DNA of 64,000 nucleotides from Escherichia coli (GTDB lineage Bacteria; Pseudomonadota; Gammaproteobacteria; Enterobacterales; Enterobacteriaceae): NCBI RefSeq assembly GCF_024223415.1, contig NZ_CP100500.1; one strand, 5' to 3'. Shown piece by piece: positions 63,749 to 64,000 of this stretch (position 1 is its first letter; each line of letters starts with the position of its first letter). The notes under the pieces were generated by a model. It saw only the letters and a program-made list of their open reading frames with translations, ran no database searches and was not told where the DNA came from. The position numbers and the translations under genes were made by a program.

Positions 63749-64000
63749 TCAGAAGAAAATCCAGTTCCATACAGCGCGGGCAACAGAAACCACCGAGTCA
63801 CGGACGGCACGCAGAACCGTGCGTGCAACAGAGGCAATACAGACGCTCTCCGCCGTGTCAAATATCCGGTCCACCGCACCGGTAAACTGTTCACGGGCCT
63901 GAGACCGGACAGATTCCGTGCGCAGCTCGTCCTGCAGGCGGGTCATCAGGGGACTGGCGGCATGGTCGGGAAGCGCTGTCATGAGCGCACTGACCAGCGT
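63749..64000 (-). CDS. 3' portion of an ORF continuing beyond the window end (hypothetical; possibly the YeeP-like gene usually found upstream of flu)
   Basis: Open minus-strand frame ending at 63749 and running off the window; identity not established. Confidence 0.3.
   Translation of the reverse strand, partial: TLVSALMTALPDHAASPLMTRLQDELRTESVRSQAREQFTGAVDRIFDTAESVCIASVARTVLRAVRDSVVSVARAVWNWIFF

Overview
This window reads as an Escherichia coli-type chromosome. About 47 kb is conserved backbone, syntenic with the K-12 dnaA-to-setC segment: dnaA-dnaN-recF-gyrB, yidBA, the dgoRKADT operon, cbrA, ibpAB, yidE, a glv PTS/glucosidase locus, yidLKJIHGF, emrD, the tisB/istR SOS toxin locus, ivbL-ilvBN, uhpABCT, ade, adeQ, yicN, nepI, yicS, nlpA, yicL and setC. 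At about 47.84 kb a 23-nt imperfect copy of the selC tRNA 3' end marks the edge of a horizontally acquired island that runs to the window end (at least 16 kb, all genes on the minus strand). The island is of the CP4-like prophage-remnant type: three DUF-type genes, a CbtA/CbeA toxin-antitoxin pair, YeeT-like, RadC-like, antirestriction and DUF932-like genes, a YeeR-like 840-aa membrane protein, and an Ag43 (flu) autotransporter gene. flu is inactivated by an IS66-family and an IS3-family element inserted 2 bp apart, each with an intact target-site duplication, plus a separate frameshift. Other departures from K-12 are an apparently intact glvC(B)-glvG locus next to a frameshifted yidP regulator, and a perfect 41-bp tandem duplication of the RBS/start region of the antirestriction gene. 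I found no CRISPR array, rRNA gene or complete tRNA gene, and no convincing novel multi-gene system beyond the poorly characterised island cargo. All identifications are from reading the translations and recalled gene order; no database search was run.
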